From assembly GCA_054600435.1 (NCBI GenBank), contig BAAIJX010000016.1, positions 310,001-374,000 on the forward strand: a stretch of 64,000 nucleotides of DNA, in the 5' to 3' direction. Origin of the DNA: Neophaeotheca triangularis. Taxonomy: Eukaryota. A program made the translations under genes and the position numbers. Below are positions 1 through 12,709 of this stretch, one piece after another. Below the pieces are notes generated by a model, which did no database searches, had not been told where the DNA came from, and saw only the letters and a list, made by a program, of their open reading frames with translations. The first letter of the stretch is position 1. Each line of letters opens with the position of its first letter.

Positions 1-577
1 TGCAGCAGACCGGGTACTCGACGAATTACGTGCACCGGCCAAGCCGATCCAGTCCGGCGACATCCACACTCCCAAGACTCCTTTCCCGCAAACCTCCAAT
101 GCCGAATAACAGTCTCTTACTCTCGCTTTTTGAGGCGACTCTCCCGGTCCCATTGTATTCCCGAAGCACCCACACCTCCAATGTCTCTGGCCTACAATTC
201 CCTTTTCCCATAACGAACCCCTGATCTCCGACTTACAGCCTCCCGCTTCTGTATAATGAGACCATTCTTCCGAGCTGAGGGGGCGAGGCAAGGAAGAGTC
301 CGGGGGTTGATTTACTCGCAAAGCGCGAAAAGAAGGGGCAGAGACGAGAAAGAGAGTGGATGGGAGAAGAAATACGGAGTGTACATCAAAGCAGCATTCA
401 CCACACTTACCAAGACCCTCACCAGTTCTTGAGTTGAACCCAAGCAAATACGCAAACAGTGGGTACGAGTACAGGAGCAGTACATGCATCTTGATCCCTC
501 CTCCTCCATCTTCACCAGTCTACACTAGAACCACCCAAACACTCCTCAGCTTCTAATATAATCACGAGTGCATATTT

Positions 578-2286
578 CTACTCCCAGAACTCCCCAGACA
601 ACCACCTGTTGACCATCTCCAAACTCGCAACCGGCTGGTCGTGCGGCACCATGTGGCCACCAGCGTGCAAGCGTGAGAAAGTAAAGTTACCACTCGACTT
701 GACGGAGCCGATGTTCGTGCCGTCGGAAAGGAGCTCCAGATCCTCCATCTCAGCTTTCTGGTAAGCACTCTGGCCGGGCCACTCGAGAGCGTTGGTCCAG
801 GCAAGGTTGCCAAGCCAGTTGCACTGAAAAAGGACGTTAGCATGAGAAAAGGGGTGTTGGGGGAAAGAAAGTAGCTTACGATAAAGTCGGCATCACCGGC
901 GTAGACAAGGACGGGGATTTGCTCCAAAATACCCGGTACCAGACGGTGGAAGGGCTTCATCCAGTCACCTTGGAAGAGGAAGTTGCGGTTGATGTCGAAG
1001 TTGCAGCTGTCGTAGCTGTCGACCTCGGCGCCCAGCGCTTTCATGACGTTGTCCTTGTTGAGGTATTGCTGGATCCAGTCAATTTCGTCGTAGCAAAGAT
1101 CGCTGCCCTTGCACTTCTCGCGGACGTCGTAGGGGTTCTGGCCGGTCTTTTGGTAGGGACCGATCATGGCATTGTTGCAGTAGATCGAGGCGGGCACGCA
1201 AGTCCAGGCAGATTCGCTGTTGTAGCAGCTTTCGATCAGCGACTCGCAGCGCGGGAGCGAGTTGTCCATGGCAGTGCACTCGGATTCGGAAAGCACAGCG
1301 GGCCAGCCTCCGTCACCGCAGGCCATGGGGCGGTAGTAGTTGTACTGGGTCAGGCCGTCGGTAAGACCGTTGCCGATGAGGACAGACTGCAAATTGATGT
1401 TACGCTTCTTGTGAGAGAGGATCTCGTTGGCGAAGACGGGGATGTAGTGGCCGGCGTAAGACTCTCCGCTAATGTGGAATGGCTGCTCGGCGTACTCGGG
1501 GAACTGCTTGAAGAAGAGAGTCATCAAAGCGTAGACATCCTTGCCAGCTGCCACTGTGTTGCTGACGCTGCTGCCAGAGTAGGAGTAGCCGACGTTTACG
1601 GGCTGGTCGAGGAAGATGACGCTGGCATTGGCGTTCCATGCGCTGGGGTTGTAGTCGAGCTCAATTTTCTCGTTGACGAACGAGGGGCCGAGCTCCATGA
1701 AGAGACCAGTCAAGGAAGAGCAGCCGGGGCCACCATTCAGCCAGAGTAGGACGGGGTCGTTCTTGGGGTCGTTGCGGGACTCGAAGAACCAGTAAAACAG
1801 ATGCTTGTCATCCTCTTCGTTGTCAAGATATCCAGAATATTGCTTGACATCATCAACACCCAAGCTCTTGGGGTCGACCTTCTTGGTACGAAGGTTGAAG
1901 TTCTCGAGGTTACCCTCAATCTCGCGCTCCTGCTCACCCTCGCTGTTGGTGACCCAGACGTCCTGAATCTCCTTACCGACAGTGTGGAAGTCCCATTCGC
2001 TGTCATGCTTGCGGGTGTGCTTCTTGGGCATGCTGAGGTAGGACGCCTTGCTCATCTCTTCGGGGAACATCATGGCAACTTCATCCCAGAGTTGACGGGC
2101 GTCGTCGGTGAGGTGCTCAAGGTCGTGCTGGAGCTTGTCGAGGGACTTGGACCATCCCTTTTGAGCCTTTTGGCCAGCTCCTTTGAGCGCGTTGATGGCG
2201 TCTTGGGGAGCTTGGAGGGGTTGTTGTTGCTGGGGGACTGCGGCTGTGGCAGCGCCCGCTAGAAGGGCAGTAGTGAGGAGCTTCAT
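578..2286 (-). CDS. cpyA: Carboxypeptidase Y (serine carboxypeptidase S10), 2 exons; intron 824-879
   Basis: Signal peptide [15 protein letters not shown], propeptide, motifs [20 protein letters not shown] and GESYAG. Removing a GTAAGC...CAG intron restores GDADFI-CNWLGN and a C-terminus ...[10 protein letters not shown]...RWLSGEFWE*. Confidence 0.95.
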
Positions 2287-2637
2287 GTTGTTGATGAGAC
2301 GATGATGAGAAAGGTTGATGTGAGAGAAGAAGAGGGAAAAGGGAGGAGTCAATAGGAAGACGAGACGAAAGGGCCAAGGCAACAGGATGCGGCGTCGGCG
2401 TTTGGGGTGACAGAGTGGGTAGCTATGGTGATGGACGCCGGAACGCTATGACGCTTCCTATCAGCTCACGCGCCTGCCTGTTTCGGATGAGCTGTGGAGG
2501 TGCACGTGACATACCCCGGAAAGTGAATAATTCTACGTCATTAGGAGGACTTGAAGTTTACAAGAAATATCACCGACTAAAGCAACATCTGCCTCAGACC
2601 ACTCCGACTTTACTGATACATTCTACTAACCGCCAAA

Positions 2638-3729
2638 ATGCCGAGTGCTCAAATCAATCAGGTAAGAATGCAAACGAGAAGCCCAGACTCTCCTTCTCGA
2701 CTAACCACCAACGGCAGCCCTCCAACCAAATCCGCCTGACAAACGTCAGCCTAGTACGGTTAAAGAAGGGTACACCACCCTCACCACCCCTACTTCCCCT
2801 CAACAGCCCCCTAACAACTCCCAGGCAAAAAACGCTTCGAAATCGCCTGCTACAAAAACACGGTCCAATCCTTCCGCGCCGGTAACGAAACTGACCTCGA
2901 CAATGTGTTACAAATCGAAAACGTCTTCTTAAACGTCTCCAAAGGCCAAGTAGCCCCCAATGAAGACCTCTCCAAAGCCTTCCCAAAAATGACTCGGCAG
3001 CAAGTCATGCTCGAGATTCTTAACAAAGGCGAGCTGCAAGTCGGCGAGAAGGAACGCGCGCAGGAGATGGAGCGGGTGCATAAGGAAGTTGTTGACATGG
3101 TTGCTGGCAGGCTGGTTGATCCCAAGAGTAAGAGGGTGTATACTGCTGGGATGATCGAGAAGGCTTTGGATCAGCTTAGTTCGAAGGGCGGGCATGCGGG
3201 TAGGCAGCCTGGGAAGGCGGCTGGGAGGGAGGAGGCGGATAGGAGTGCCAGTCGCGAGCAAGGGGGTGCTGCTGGGATTAAGGGGGAGGAAGGGCAGGAT
3301 GGGGAGACTGCTGTCCCCGCCGAGAAGAGCAAACCCATCTGGACGGGCGTGAGCACGAGCAAGAGCGCCAAGTCTCAGGCGCTGGAGGCTATGAAGGCGC
3401 TTATCGCGCACCAGCCTATTCCCGTGGCAAGAGCGAGGATGAGGTTGCGCATTACGTGTCCCACGCAGATTCTCAAGCAGAGTGTCAAGACAGCTCCAAA
3501 GGCGGAGGGTGAGGAGGCAACTTCGAGTTCGGTCAAGGATAGGATTTTGGGTTTCGTCGAGCAAGTCGAGAGCCAGGACGTGTTGGGAGAGGAGTGGGAG
3601 TGCGTCGGGTTTGTGGAGCCAGGTGCTTTCAAGACGTTGAGCGATTTCGTTGCTACACAGACGAAAGGGAGAGCAAGGGCGGAGGTTTTGGATATGGCTG
3701 TCACGCATGAGGGGGATGAGAAGGATTGA
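2638..3729 (+). CDS. SDO1: Ribosome maturation protein SDO1/SBDS, 3 exons (2638-2661, 2718-2769, 2825-3729)
   Basis: Spliced N-terminus [37 protein letters not shown] is the SBDS signature. Also VFLNVSKGQVA, KGELQV, KSAKSQAL and IPVARARMRL. Confidence 0.95.
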
Positions 3730-3910
3730 GCGTGTTTGTGGGGGTTTTCCTAAGTTGAGCGTTCTAGCGTTTGAAAGAGATACCAGGTCGAATCGAAAAG
3801 GAAAAAAGTCTTGAAAGAACATTGAAAAGCATCACCACAACTCTCTATTGCCTCGCATTTACAAGTGACGAAACCAACCGAATTACAGCCCCACCAACAG
3901 CGATCATCCC

Positions 3911-5614
3911 CTACAACCTACTCCCTCTCGCCCCCAACCCCGCAAGCGCCCTTTCCAGAACCTCCATACCCTCACAAACCCTCCTCTCCGCCAATCTCGG
4001 CCCGACAACCTGCACGCCCATAGAAGCCCCCAAAAACCTCCTCCTCTTAGCCTCGCCCCCACTCCACAAACCGCGATTGTACTTATCCCAAGCATTCAGC
4101 ACGTTACCCTCAGGCATTTCAGCCTGCAAATCCCGCTCAGTGACAGCTCGAAGGGGCAAGACACCCGAAGGTAGATCGAGGAGGTTGAAAGCCGAAGTGT
4201 AGGAGACGGTGTTCCACTCATCGACACCGGGTACGGGGTGCGGGGCTACTGGGCAGATGAAGAGGTCGATGGGGGTTTTGGACAGGGAAGCGGAAGTGGC
4301 GAAGGGGTTGGGCGAGGTCCAGATTTGCAGCGCGGCGGTCTGGAGGTCGGTCTTTTGGGCTTGCAGGTCGCGGACGGTTTCTAGGGGTTTTGCCGGGCGG
4401 GATTTGAGGCGCTGGGCTAGCCAGGGGGAGAGAGGTTCGGAGGTTTTATTCAGCAATGAGAAGATGTGGTTGTAGCCCTCGAGGGAGACGAGGGCGTTGA
4501 AGAGTTTGAGAGTGCGGGTAAGGAGGGGAGCGAGGTCGAGGGGGATGAGTTGGATTTGTTGCGAGGGAGTTTTAGTCAGTTGGGTGGTGATGTCGTTTAG
4601 GAGGTTAGTGATTGGAGGAAGGGGCGTGGTTAGGCCGTCGGTCTGGATTACGCCTATGCGGAGGGGCTGGGAGGAGGGGAGGGAGGGTTGTTGGTGCCAG
4701 CTTTGGGGCAAGCAGTCGGGGTCCATTAGCCAGGGCGCTGCGTTGCTGACGATGCGTAAGAACATAGAGCAGTCGCGCATGCTGAGGGCGATGGGACCGG
4801 CTACGCTTTCGATGGCGAGTCTGCCAGAACCGGGGAGTTGGCCGCTTTCTTGTCCGGCGTAGGGGACTCGGCCGTGGCTGGGTTTAACGCCGTAGAGGCC
4901 ATTGCAGAATGCTGGAATACGGATGCTGCCTCCAACGTCTGTTCCCACACCTAAAGGACTGCCGCGCATCGCGACTAGAGCGCCTTCGCCACCGGAACTG
5001 CCGCCTGGGGTAAGGTGGGGAAAAGATGGATTGACGACACGGCCAAAGACGTTGTTGTGACTGTCGAGTGCCATTAGAGTTTGCGGGACGTTTGTTTTGC
5101 AGTACAGTACTGCTCCCATGGAGAGTAGCATTCTGACGAGTGCTGAGTTCTCTTTTGCTGGGTTGTAGCAGAGCGAAGCAATGCCAATGGATGTATCGTA
5201 ACCCGTGACCATGAATGAGTCTTTGATAGAGATTGGAAGACCGTGAAGAGGTCCTGTAGGTTTTCCAGTGCGAGCATATATGGTATCAAGCTCCTTGGCT
5301 CGGGTGATCGCTTCTTCGAAGAAGATCTCGGTCAGACAGTTGGTGGTCTGCTGGGCGATGGCTGCTCGTTTGCAGAATGCAGTCGTCACGTCAAGACTCT
5401 TGAGCTTTCCACTGGCCAAGGCCTCTAATAGAGAGGTGGCATCGTGGTTTTCCGTAATGGCCAGTTCGTTGCCAGAGAGGAGACCACATTCTCGGGGCAC
5501 TGAGATCGGGAGCCTGTCTTTCAACGAAGATTGTTCAAGTCGCCATTCTTTTGGGATTCGAGCACTGCGCTCTTGTTGCTTACGCGCTGCAATATCTCGC
5601 CAATTGTCGGGCAT
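3911..5614 (-). CDS. Amidase-signature family enzyme (general amidase/acetamidase-like)
   Basis: 567-aa ORF with GPLHGLPISIKD, KTNVPQ, PGGSSGGEG and GTDVGGSIRIP (Ser-cisSer-Lys triad motifs). Confidence 0.92.
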   Translation of the reverse strand: MPDNWRDIAARKQQERSARIPKEWRLEQSSLKDRLPISVPRECGLLSGNELAITENHDATSLLEALASGKLKSLDVTTAFCKRAAIAQQTTNCLTEIFFEEAITRAKELDTIYARTGKPTGPLHGLPISIKDSFMVTGYDTSIGIASLCYNPAKENSALVRMLLSMGAVLYCKTNVPQTLMALDSHNNVFGRVVNPSFPHLTPGGSSGGEGALVAMRGSPLGVGTDVGGSIRIPAFCNGLYGVKPSHGRVPYAGQESGQLPGSGRLAIESVAGPIALSMRDCSMFLRIVSNAAPWLMDPDCLPQSWHQQPSLPSSQPLRIGVIQTDGLTTPLPPITNLLNDITTQLTKTPSQQIQLIPLDLAPLLTRTLKLFNALVSLEGYNHIFSLLNKTSEPLSPWLAQRLKSRPAKPLETVRDLQAQKTDLQTAALQIWTSPNPFATSASLSKTPIDLFICPVAPHPVPGVDEWNTVSYTSAFNLLDLPSGVLPLRAVTERDLQAEMPEGNVLNAWDKYNRGLWSGGEAKRRRFLGASMGVQVVGPRLAERRVCEGMEVLERALAGLGARGSRL

Positions 5615-6061
5615 TGTGAGTGATGGAACGGTGACATGGTGAAAGGGGTCTCATCGAGGTTAGGGATGTATATATGTGAGGAGAGGCTCGATTGACAGCC
5701 GAGGTTGTGCTCGCTCAAGATTGCCTTCCTAAGGTATTCAAGGTGGCTGCAGCGTACTACACTTCTTCGATGCCAACACCTCATCTTACAGCATATTAGG
5801 AACGTATCAAGAAACAGACCATTTTCACGCCGTCAATGCCATTCCATCTCTACCGATGACCGTCTCGGATCTAGCGGATTGTGAATACAACCGGCTGTAA
5901 CGGCAAGCCCAGCTCCTCGGAAGTTGAACACAGCCATGATATGAACACAGCACCTCCAAAAGAGACCCCATTTTTCCTTTACATCAACAAACAGACACCC
6001 TGTCGCTCAAGCCACACCCAGAATCCAGAGAGTCCATTTCTATCGCGCCCGATCGTAAACC

Positions 6062-6481
6062 ATGGACTCAGCTATCAGCACCCTCACCACCACCGCACTC
6101 ACCATCCTCAGACCCCTCGATTTCCCCCTAACCCTCATAACCTTCATCCTCCTAATCCGCGCATGCGACTACTTAACAAACTGGACCCATCTAGGTTGGG
6201 CACGGGACCGCGCCATGGGAGCCGCACCCTACTGCATCGTGGCCTTCATCCTGGAAATCATGCTAACAATGCTGCTGCGCCGCTGGACGGACCCGATCAT
6301 GGCGAAAGTCGCGACGCCGCTGGGGATTGGTGAGACGACGCTGCCTTTTTTGCAGCAGTGGGTTGGCACTGGGTTCACGATGTGGCACATGCGGGCTTTT
6401 GTCGAGGATCGGAGGGTTTTGGGGGATTGGGGGGTGGTCGTTGGGTGGCGGGGGGAGTGGGAGTGGTCGGAGGAAGAGTGA
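6062..6481 (+). CDS. Small hypothetical membrane protein (139 aa)
   Basis: ATG-initiated ORF with 2-3 hydrophobic segments. It shows the C-rich 5' / G-rich 3' composition seen in real genes of this window. No family recognised. Confidence 0.5.
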   Translation: MDSAISTLTTTALTILRPLDFPLTLITFILLIRACDYLTNWTHLGWARDRAMGAAPYCIVAFILEIMLTMLLRRWTDPIMAKVATPLGIGETTLPFLQQWVGTGFTMWHMRAFVEDRRVLGDWGVVVGWRGEWEWSEEE

Positions 6482-6599
6482 TGGGTCTTCATTCTTTGAA
6501 ACCGCAATGATGGACCTTTGACGAAACGTCTGTTATTCACTGCACTGAGGGGTTTTCTGTCTTGGAGATCATCATCCGATGCAGACTTCTGCAAAGAGT

Positions 6600-7700
6600 C
6601 GCCTGGAGGCCGTCTATCTTACGACATGCATGCCTTCAGCGTTCCGAGGGTATGAGAGGACCACTTCGAGCATCGCCACAACTTCGTAATCGAGTTTCGA
6701 CTACATCGCTCGAGCTGCAAAGCTTCGTTGGCATTCCATAACCCATAACGCCAGTCAGCGCCAATCTCGCTCTCGCCAATCTCGCTCCTACAGATCTTTG
6801 CACAACGAGGAACATCCTCCCAGAGTCTATCGCGCCGCCCTCTCAAGACAGCTGCTCGTACAAGGAGGCCGTGTACCTTCCCGACGGAGAGAGATGAGAC
6901 GCATTACAGCAAAGCGAGCATTGACGGCACAATAGAATCGAAGGACCCAAAGACGGTAATAGCTTCTGATCAACAGTACATTATACAGGTCTGCCTTCAT
7001 TCCACGCCATTCCGTCCAGCCTTCCCTCGACATTGGAAAAAAAGCTCCCTAGGGATTATTTTCAGCCTAGCCACCAATTGCGAGTTTCCGGAGGGGGTGC
7101 TGGGCATAGACGGGGCTCGCAACAGACTTCGACCACGATCTGGAATCGCTAGTAGTCACACTACCAAGACTGCCAGCACCACGCCGTTCCTGACACATGG
7201 CGTACTGTTCCAGGTCGGGACCTGATTCGGTGCGCTCCCGGGCAGGGGCGCGCGATCAACAGCCAGCTACCTTTCGTAGAGCCGCTATTGCGCTCGCTAT
7301 TGGCTGAGCCTCGCTGATGCCAGATGTTTTGAGGCACTGAAAGCTGCTCGTGCATCGCCGCGAGAAGTCTTTGAATCGACCAGAAATTGCTAGAATAGGT
7401 GTGAAATGGTCGTAGATTAGGGTTATCCTACTGCGATTTTCCGAAATATATCCGCAACGTTTATCCAAGGAATTGTCTCGTTTTGAATCAGACAAACTCC
7501 TGTAGTATCCGGACCGAATTTCCGATCATATAATCTGCTTTCAGCACATTTTGCCTCTTCACCTGGTTCTCCGAGGATACGCCTGTGACACTTCGGCGTT
7601 GAAACAGCGGTCTGAGAGGAAAGAACGTTGATATGAGGTTGAAGGTCACGTGCGTGGAATCTAGTCCGACATCGGGTGAAGTGGCATCAGCTCCCCCCAC
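6600..7700 (-). pseudogene. Possible degenerate ORF relic
   Basis: Chain of short protein-like minus-strand ORFs broken by several in-frame stops (e.g. ...CLERAAR*TLGGCSSLCKDL*ERDWRERDWR*LALW...). No family recognised. Confidence 0.25.
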
Positions 7701-7882
7701 TTGTACACTCATATCTGGATTGCGGTACCGAAATATATCTCTCGCTCGAACGCTCACACTCTGCAGCCAAAAATCATCGCTTTTGTACTCACAGCCGTAG
7801 ATGTGAAAGAAAAAGAAAGAAAAAGCCCATGAACCCCCTTTCCCTATTTTCCGTCTCAGCAAGCACTGCCAACAGGATCTCA

Positions 7883-9826
7883 TCATACCCTCTCGCCCCT
7901 CTCCGTCTCAGCAAGAAACACCGACCCATCCTTTCCCCCCTCCGCTCCAGTCCTCCTGGCAACCCCATCAGCCTCTTGCACCATGATCGGCGCGCCAGGT
8001 TGATCCTCTCCCAGCGGAGGCGCAGCCTCCTCATCAACCTCACTCACAGCCGCACTAGCACCGGGCGACTCCTTGCGGTCCCTACGCTTCCGAAACAAAT
8101 CCTCCACGAAGCGATAAACCGCCAACGCGACCCCAAAAGCCAGCACGGCACACGCCACGCTGAAAGCCCGTCGGTACCTTGGTCGATCGTCCTGCCGGAA
8201 AATCTGCGCGCCGTAGATGCCCGCGATGTTGGCGCCCATGATGACCAGCGCCATTGCCAAAGCTCGTTCTTCCGAGTCGGTGCAGGTCAGGGACATCCAG
8301 GTGATGTTGAGCGGGTGCGCGAAAGTGCCGAAAGTTTGCGTGAAGATTGCGCCGAAGTAGCGGACGCCGCGGTTGTTGAGTTCGGTGAAGATGCGGTTGA
8401 AAATGTAGCCGAGTAGATGGCAGCTTAGGCCTGCTATGACGGTTTGGCCGCGGACGCCGCTGGGGGGATTGGGTGAGTCGGGGGGTTGGTTCAAGGGGTG
8501 GGTGGGCGTGCGACTTACTAGTGGTCCGAGACGTAGCTGAAGGCGAAGGAGACGGGGATTTGCAGGAAGAGACCGACGGACGCGAGGGCGTTGGCGGACA
8601 GCGCACCGTAGCCGAAAGAACGCACGATTGTCGGTGCGTAAGTATCGAAGGCTCGCTGGGGACCGTTGTTGCAGAGCGTGATGGCGAAGTGTACCCACAT
8701 TCTCCAGCCGGTGAACTTGGCGAGGTAAGTTGAATGCTTGCGAGGGAGTGAGAAGAGGTAAGACTCACCAATTTCTTGAAGGCGGTAAGTCCGATACGCT
8801 TCTTTTTCTGCCCCTTCATGGGATCGTCCATCAGAATGCGGGTGTTGAGGATGTGGATCTCCCTGTCGCTAAACACCTTCCACTTCGGCAAGAAAGTTGG
8901 GTGGGGCTTTCGGAAAGAGTCAGGAAGACAACAGCCCAAGACGATGCCGCTCAACACGGTGAAGCCTCCCATCAATACGAACAGCCACCTGGAAGAATAT
9001 GGTCAGCAGACTGGAGATGTTAGAGCTTGATCGGAGAGAGAGAGAGCGAACGTACCACCAGCCAGGTTTTCCTGCCACTCCACGCATGTGCAGAATCCCA
9101 TACGCAAGCAGCTTTGCCGACGCCTGGCCCGCTTGGTTACCGAAATAAAATACTGGAATTGTCAGATCCCCAACACCTTGGCTAGTTTACGATCTCCTTA
9201 CTCATAACTCGTTTGGCAGTCTCCTTACGGGTATACCACGTCGACAGAGTCCACAAGCCCCCTGGTATGAAGCCGCTCTCGGTGATCCCCAGGATAAGTC
9301 GCGTGGAGATGAAAGCTGCGTAGTTGGTCTGAAAAGCCTGGAAGGTGCTGACTATGCCGAAGAGGAAGAGCTGGAGTGTCAGCCATTTGCCCGGTCCTAC
9401 GCGGTAGAGTGCCATGTTTGCAGGTATTTCGAAGAGGACGATTCCCAAGGAGAGCATTTGCTGGCCGATATTGAATTGATTCTGGTCGATGCCGATGTCT
9501 TCCATGAAATTATCTGTAATGGCGTTGGCCATGTTGCCTCGATCGAGTTCTGAAGAAGAGCTGTGAGTTTGCATGTTGCATTATTGGGATTGGGAGGGGC
9601 GTACGCAAGCAGAAAAAGCCGAGGGTCAACAAGGGCATGATTATGAGGTCGAGTCTAGAGAAGTCAGCTCGAATCCGACAAAGCCGTCGCGGTATGGACG
9701 CCCGTACTTCCGTTTCGCCTTCTTCTCTTCCTCAGGAGACCAGTCGCAAGTGTACCTCGCCGCCAACTCTTCCGGCGACGGTCCTTGGTCCTTGCCATCC
9801 ACTGTGTGCGAGTCCGGTCTACCCAT
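7883..9826 (-). CDS. MFS transporter, Dal5/allantoate-nicotinate (ACS) family, 7 exons; introns 9655-9707, 9550-9604, 9153-9201, 8989-9055, 8716-8768, 8460-8518
   Basis: Spliced reading gives KRKLDLIIMPLL, QLDRGNMANA, FEIPAN, RLILGITESGFIPG, WYTRKE, PGWWWLF and GAQIFRQDDRPRY. All six introns are GT-AG. Confidence 0.9.
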
Positions 9827-12614
9827 GATTGCGGACGATGGAAAGTGATCAGATTATGACCGGGGACAGATCTGAATCTAAAATCAACTCAACGAGATAC
9901 CCCCAACCTTAACTACACCCTCAGCATCCCAAAAACTACAAGGATGCAGAAATGACACCTTTGTGTCTTTGACAGCGAGTACGCACATTCCAAGAAAGCG
10001 CTGGAGCTGGGCGCGAAGCCACCTCCGTGCCATTGGTATACCAAGGTCAGCCAAGTGAGCACAAACACCTCCAAACGTTGGCTCAAGAATCAAGAGCAGC
10101 AGCAAACAGTACCTGATGGAAAGCGACACCCGCCGCAAGAGATGTCGTGATCTCACGTATCACGCCCCCCCGGCGATTTACACGCAAACACACCTACGCT
10201 ACACGGTAGGATGGGTAGATTCGAATATCACGGCGCATATGTCGCCATTTGCGGTGTCGATGGCTTTCGAGTCCTTTTCATGCAGTGCTTGATGGACGAG
10301 CCCAATCGGCGGTTGTTTGTCAAAGAAAAGCCACGTGCGTTGCGTCGCTTTTGGTGGATGTTGACATGCTTGGCGCTTCGCACGCAATACCAAGGAGTTG
10401 TTATCGATGAATTTATGCGGCGCCTTTTGCTTGGGTTTAGTTGATGGCTTTTTGTACGACGATAAGGGGAGTGTTTGGATGATTTTAGTTACGTGGGCAA
10501 GTGGGAAGGGTACTGGGAATGGCCATGTCGCCGCCTCTGTTGTATGGCGTGATATGGCTTGGTGTGAGAAGTATGGAGATGAGTGGTACATTGTCGCCAG
10601 CGGTGTATCCTTTGCTTCACGCTATTCTTCCCAAATTGCTTCATCGACTTCATCGTGGGTTAGGTATGGAGGTATCGAGGTTGCTTTTACAAGTACCTTA
10701 TCGACTCGAAGATGGCAGCATTTCCTTAGTCATCGGAGTACGCGAACCTTGCTTCGCATCTCTCTTCACTCGATATTGACAACTTACCCTCAGATGGGTA
10801 TGGGTAAGGCTCGAAACAAGTAGAAGGAGGGGCAACGACGCAACCTGTCTCCCCATATGCTAACGATTCTACCACCGTCTCAGTTGATCAGCCCCGACTC
10901 TCCAACATGGCCACGCTCGCTTGGGCCGTATTCCACTCACTGGACCTTCAAAAACTGTAACCGCTCTAAGGATGCAGCCCTCACGACCGACCAAAGCGGC
11001 AAACCCACTCATCTAGCAGCTCCTGCTGAGGGTCTACACCCCGGCGGCCATAACATGGCGGCGCCGCAAACTTCCCCCGGGCGAGTTTCTCATGGCTGGC
11101 TTCGTTGAAACCCGCAATCTCGCACTCCAGCAGCTATTATGCGGCCTACGACTGGCTAGACCGAGTTATATTTCTACCTGGAGGCTGCAGACGCCGTTTG
11201 AGACATTTATCGTATCGGAGAGCGGTGTAGACAAGGACGTGGCGCGCGGTCAGTGAGTTTTGGGGGACACTTCAAGACAGGTATGTCGATCCCTCTCCTC
11301 CGTCCATTGCTAGACGGGCTAGTATAGTACCCGATAGAGGTCGACTCGACTCGCAGTATTTCTTCTTCCAAGCTGTTTTCCCCCTGGACACATATCTACA
11401 TCACACTCCCTAGCAGTTGACACTCTCTCTCACAACTCGCACTCCGCTCTTGAGACCGGTGAGCAGAGCATCTCAACCCCCAATGCAACCACTTCTACAC
11501 TGCATCCCTGTGTTATCCCATTTCAAACATAGCTTGTTACTTCCCTGCTCCCGACTCTCACTTCGACCTTAGGGTAGGTAGCAGGATATGACATCCCAAA
11601 ACCCGATGCAGGTGCATTTCCGCTGCTTTCCTTTGGCCGGGAGGGCTGCATCGCGGTGACAACGCACTATGCGCTCTTTCCCGACTCCCATTTTGATGTT
11701 GGGAGAGCAGGACATAGCATCCCGTGAGTAAATGCAGATGAGTTTACGTTGCATGTTCTGGTCGGGTAAGCTGCATCGTAGCCAATGCGCCATCTTTTCT
11801 ATCAGTCTTGATAATCTTTCTAGCTTTTATGGTCAATTTTAAACTCATGCCGTGATTGCAGGTTACGATGGTTGTATCCTGCTTTTCTTGGGGTAGGCCG
11901 AATCCGCACTAGCTAGAAGAAAATGCAAGTACGCCTACTGTGTCTCTAGAAGGGACAACCGTATGTCGCGAGATGTGCACGAAAAACTGCTCTCGGGTTC
12001 CTCGTCTCGGGCCTCCTCGACCGTGCTGCCTACGATATTCAGGACATTGTCATTGTCCTCTTTGTGAGCCAAATCAGTCAAATACCAGCTGTTCGCATTG
12101 GGAAGGCACGTCGTTCTTTGTCTTTCCAACGTCACTGCATCGATGCTCTAGCCCTCACAAGTTGGTGTGTGTCTTTTCGTTGGCCTTTCGCTACAACAAG
12201 GTTGCTAGAAGGTTGCTCGGTGACGGGGCTACAATGTCCACAGGTCAAATTGCGTTGAATGGCGCTCAATGGTACTCAATGGGCCGTGATGCCTCAACAT
12301 TTGCTCAAATCCGATGCAAAGAGTATAAGTGAAAACCAGACTCAATTTGCACCCAAAAATTATTCCGAGTAAACTGCTCGACAGAGCAAGCTCTAGAGTA
12401 TCACCTGGTCGTGGCGCACAACCAATGGCTACAAATGACTCTACGAATGTTCAAAACATACCCTTCTTAAGAGGTCTGAATTCAGCTTCTTATGCGGTCA
12501 AAAAAAAATTAAAGTGCAATTTCCTGTATGCCCATATGCTTATGCGTGGTTCTAAGGCCGGGGGTAGCCTCAAAAAGCCCACTTGAAACCCAAAAATCGG
12601 CGAACCAGACAAAT

Positions 12615-12624
12615 AAAAAAAAAA
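12615..12624 (-). terminator. RNA polymerase III terminator (T10) for the tRNA gene
   Basis: First run of 4 or more T on the tRNA sense strand, about 85 nt downstream of the discriminator base. Confidence 0.7.
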
Positions 12625-12630
12625 GATGGA

Positions 12631-12700
12631 TTGCAAGATTGTGGACAATCTCGTAATGGATTTAGACGGTAGTTTGCAAGTCTGTTGACAGACTCGTCAT
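12631..12700 (-). repeat. Two tandem 27-nt hairpin repeats (period 43 nt) in the tRNA 3' trailer
   Basis: Minus strand ATGACGAG-TCTG-TCAA-CAGA-CTTGCAA (12674-12700) and ATTACGAG-ATTG-TCCA-CAAT-CTTGCAA (12631-12657). Confidence 0.8.
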
Positions 12701-12709
12701 ATTCAAGGC

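Noticed and set aside
1..556. Gene fragment at the window start
   Set aside because: Only short ORFs with no recognisable motif; cannot be resolved without flanking sequence.
919..2262. Long antisense ORFs over cpyA, and similar ones over SDO1, RSE1, DRS1 and the 55.8-kb gene
   Set aside because: Shadow ORFs caused by codon bias of the real gene on the opposite strand.
12631..12700. Trailer hairpins as a C/D or H/ACA snoRNA, or a CRISPR-like array
   Set aside because: ATGACGA resembles box C but no CTGA box D follows. The hairpins are too short for H/ACA. There are only two units and the context is eukaryotic.
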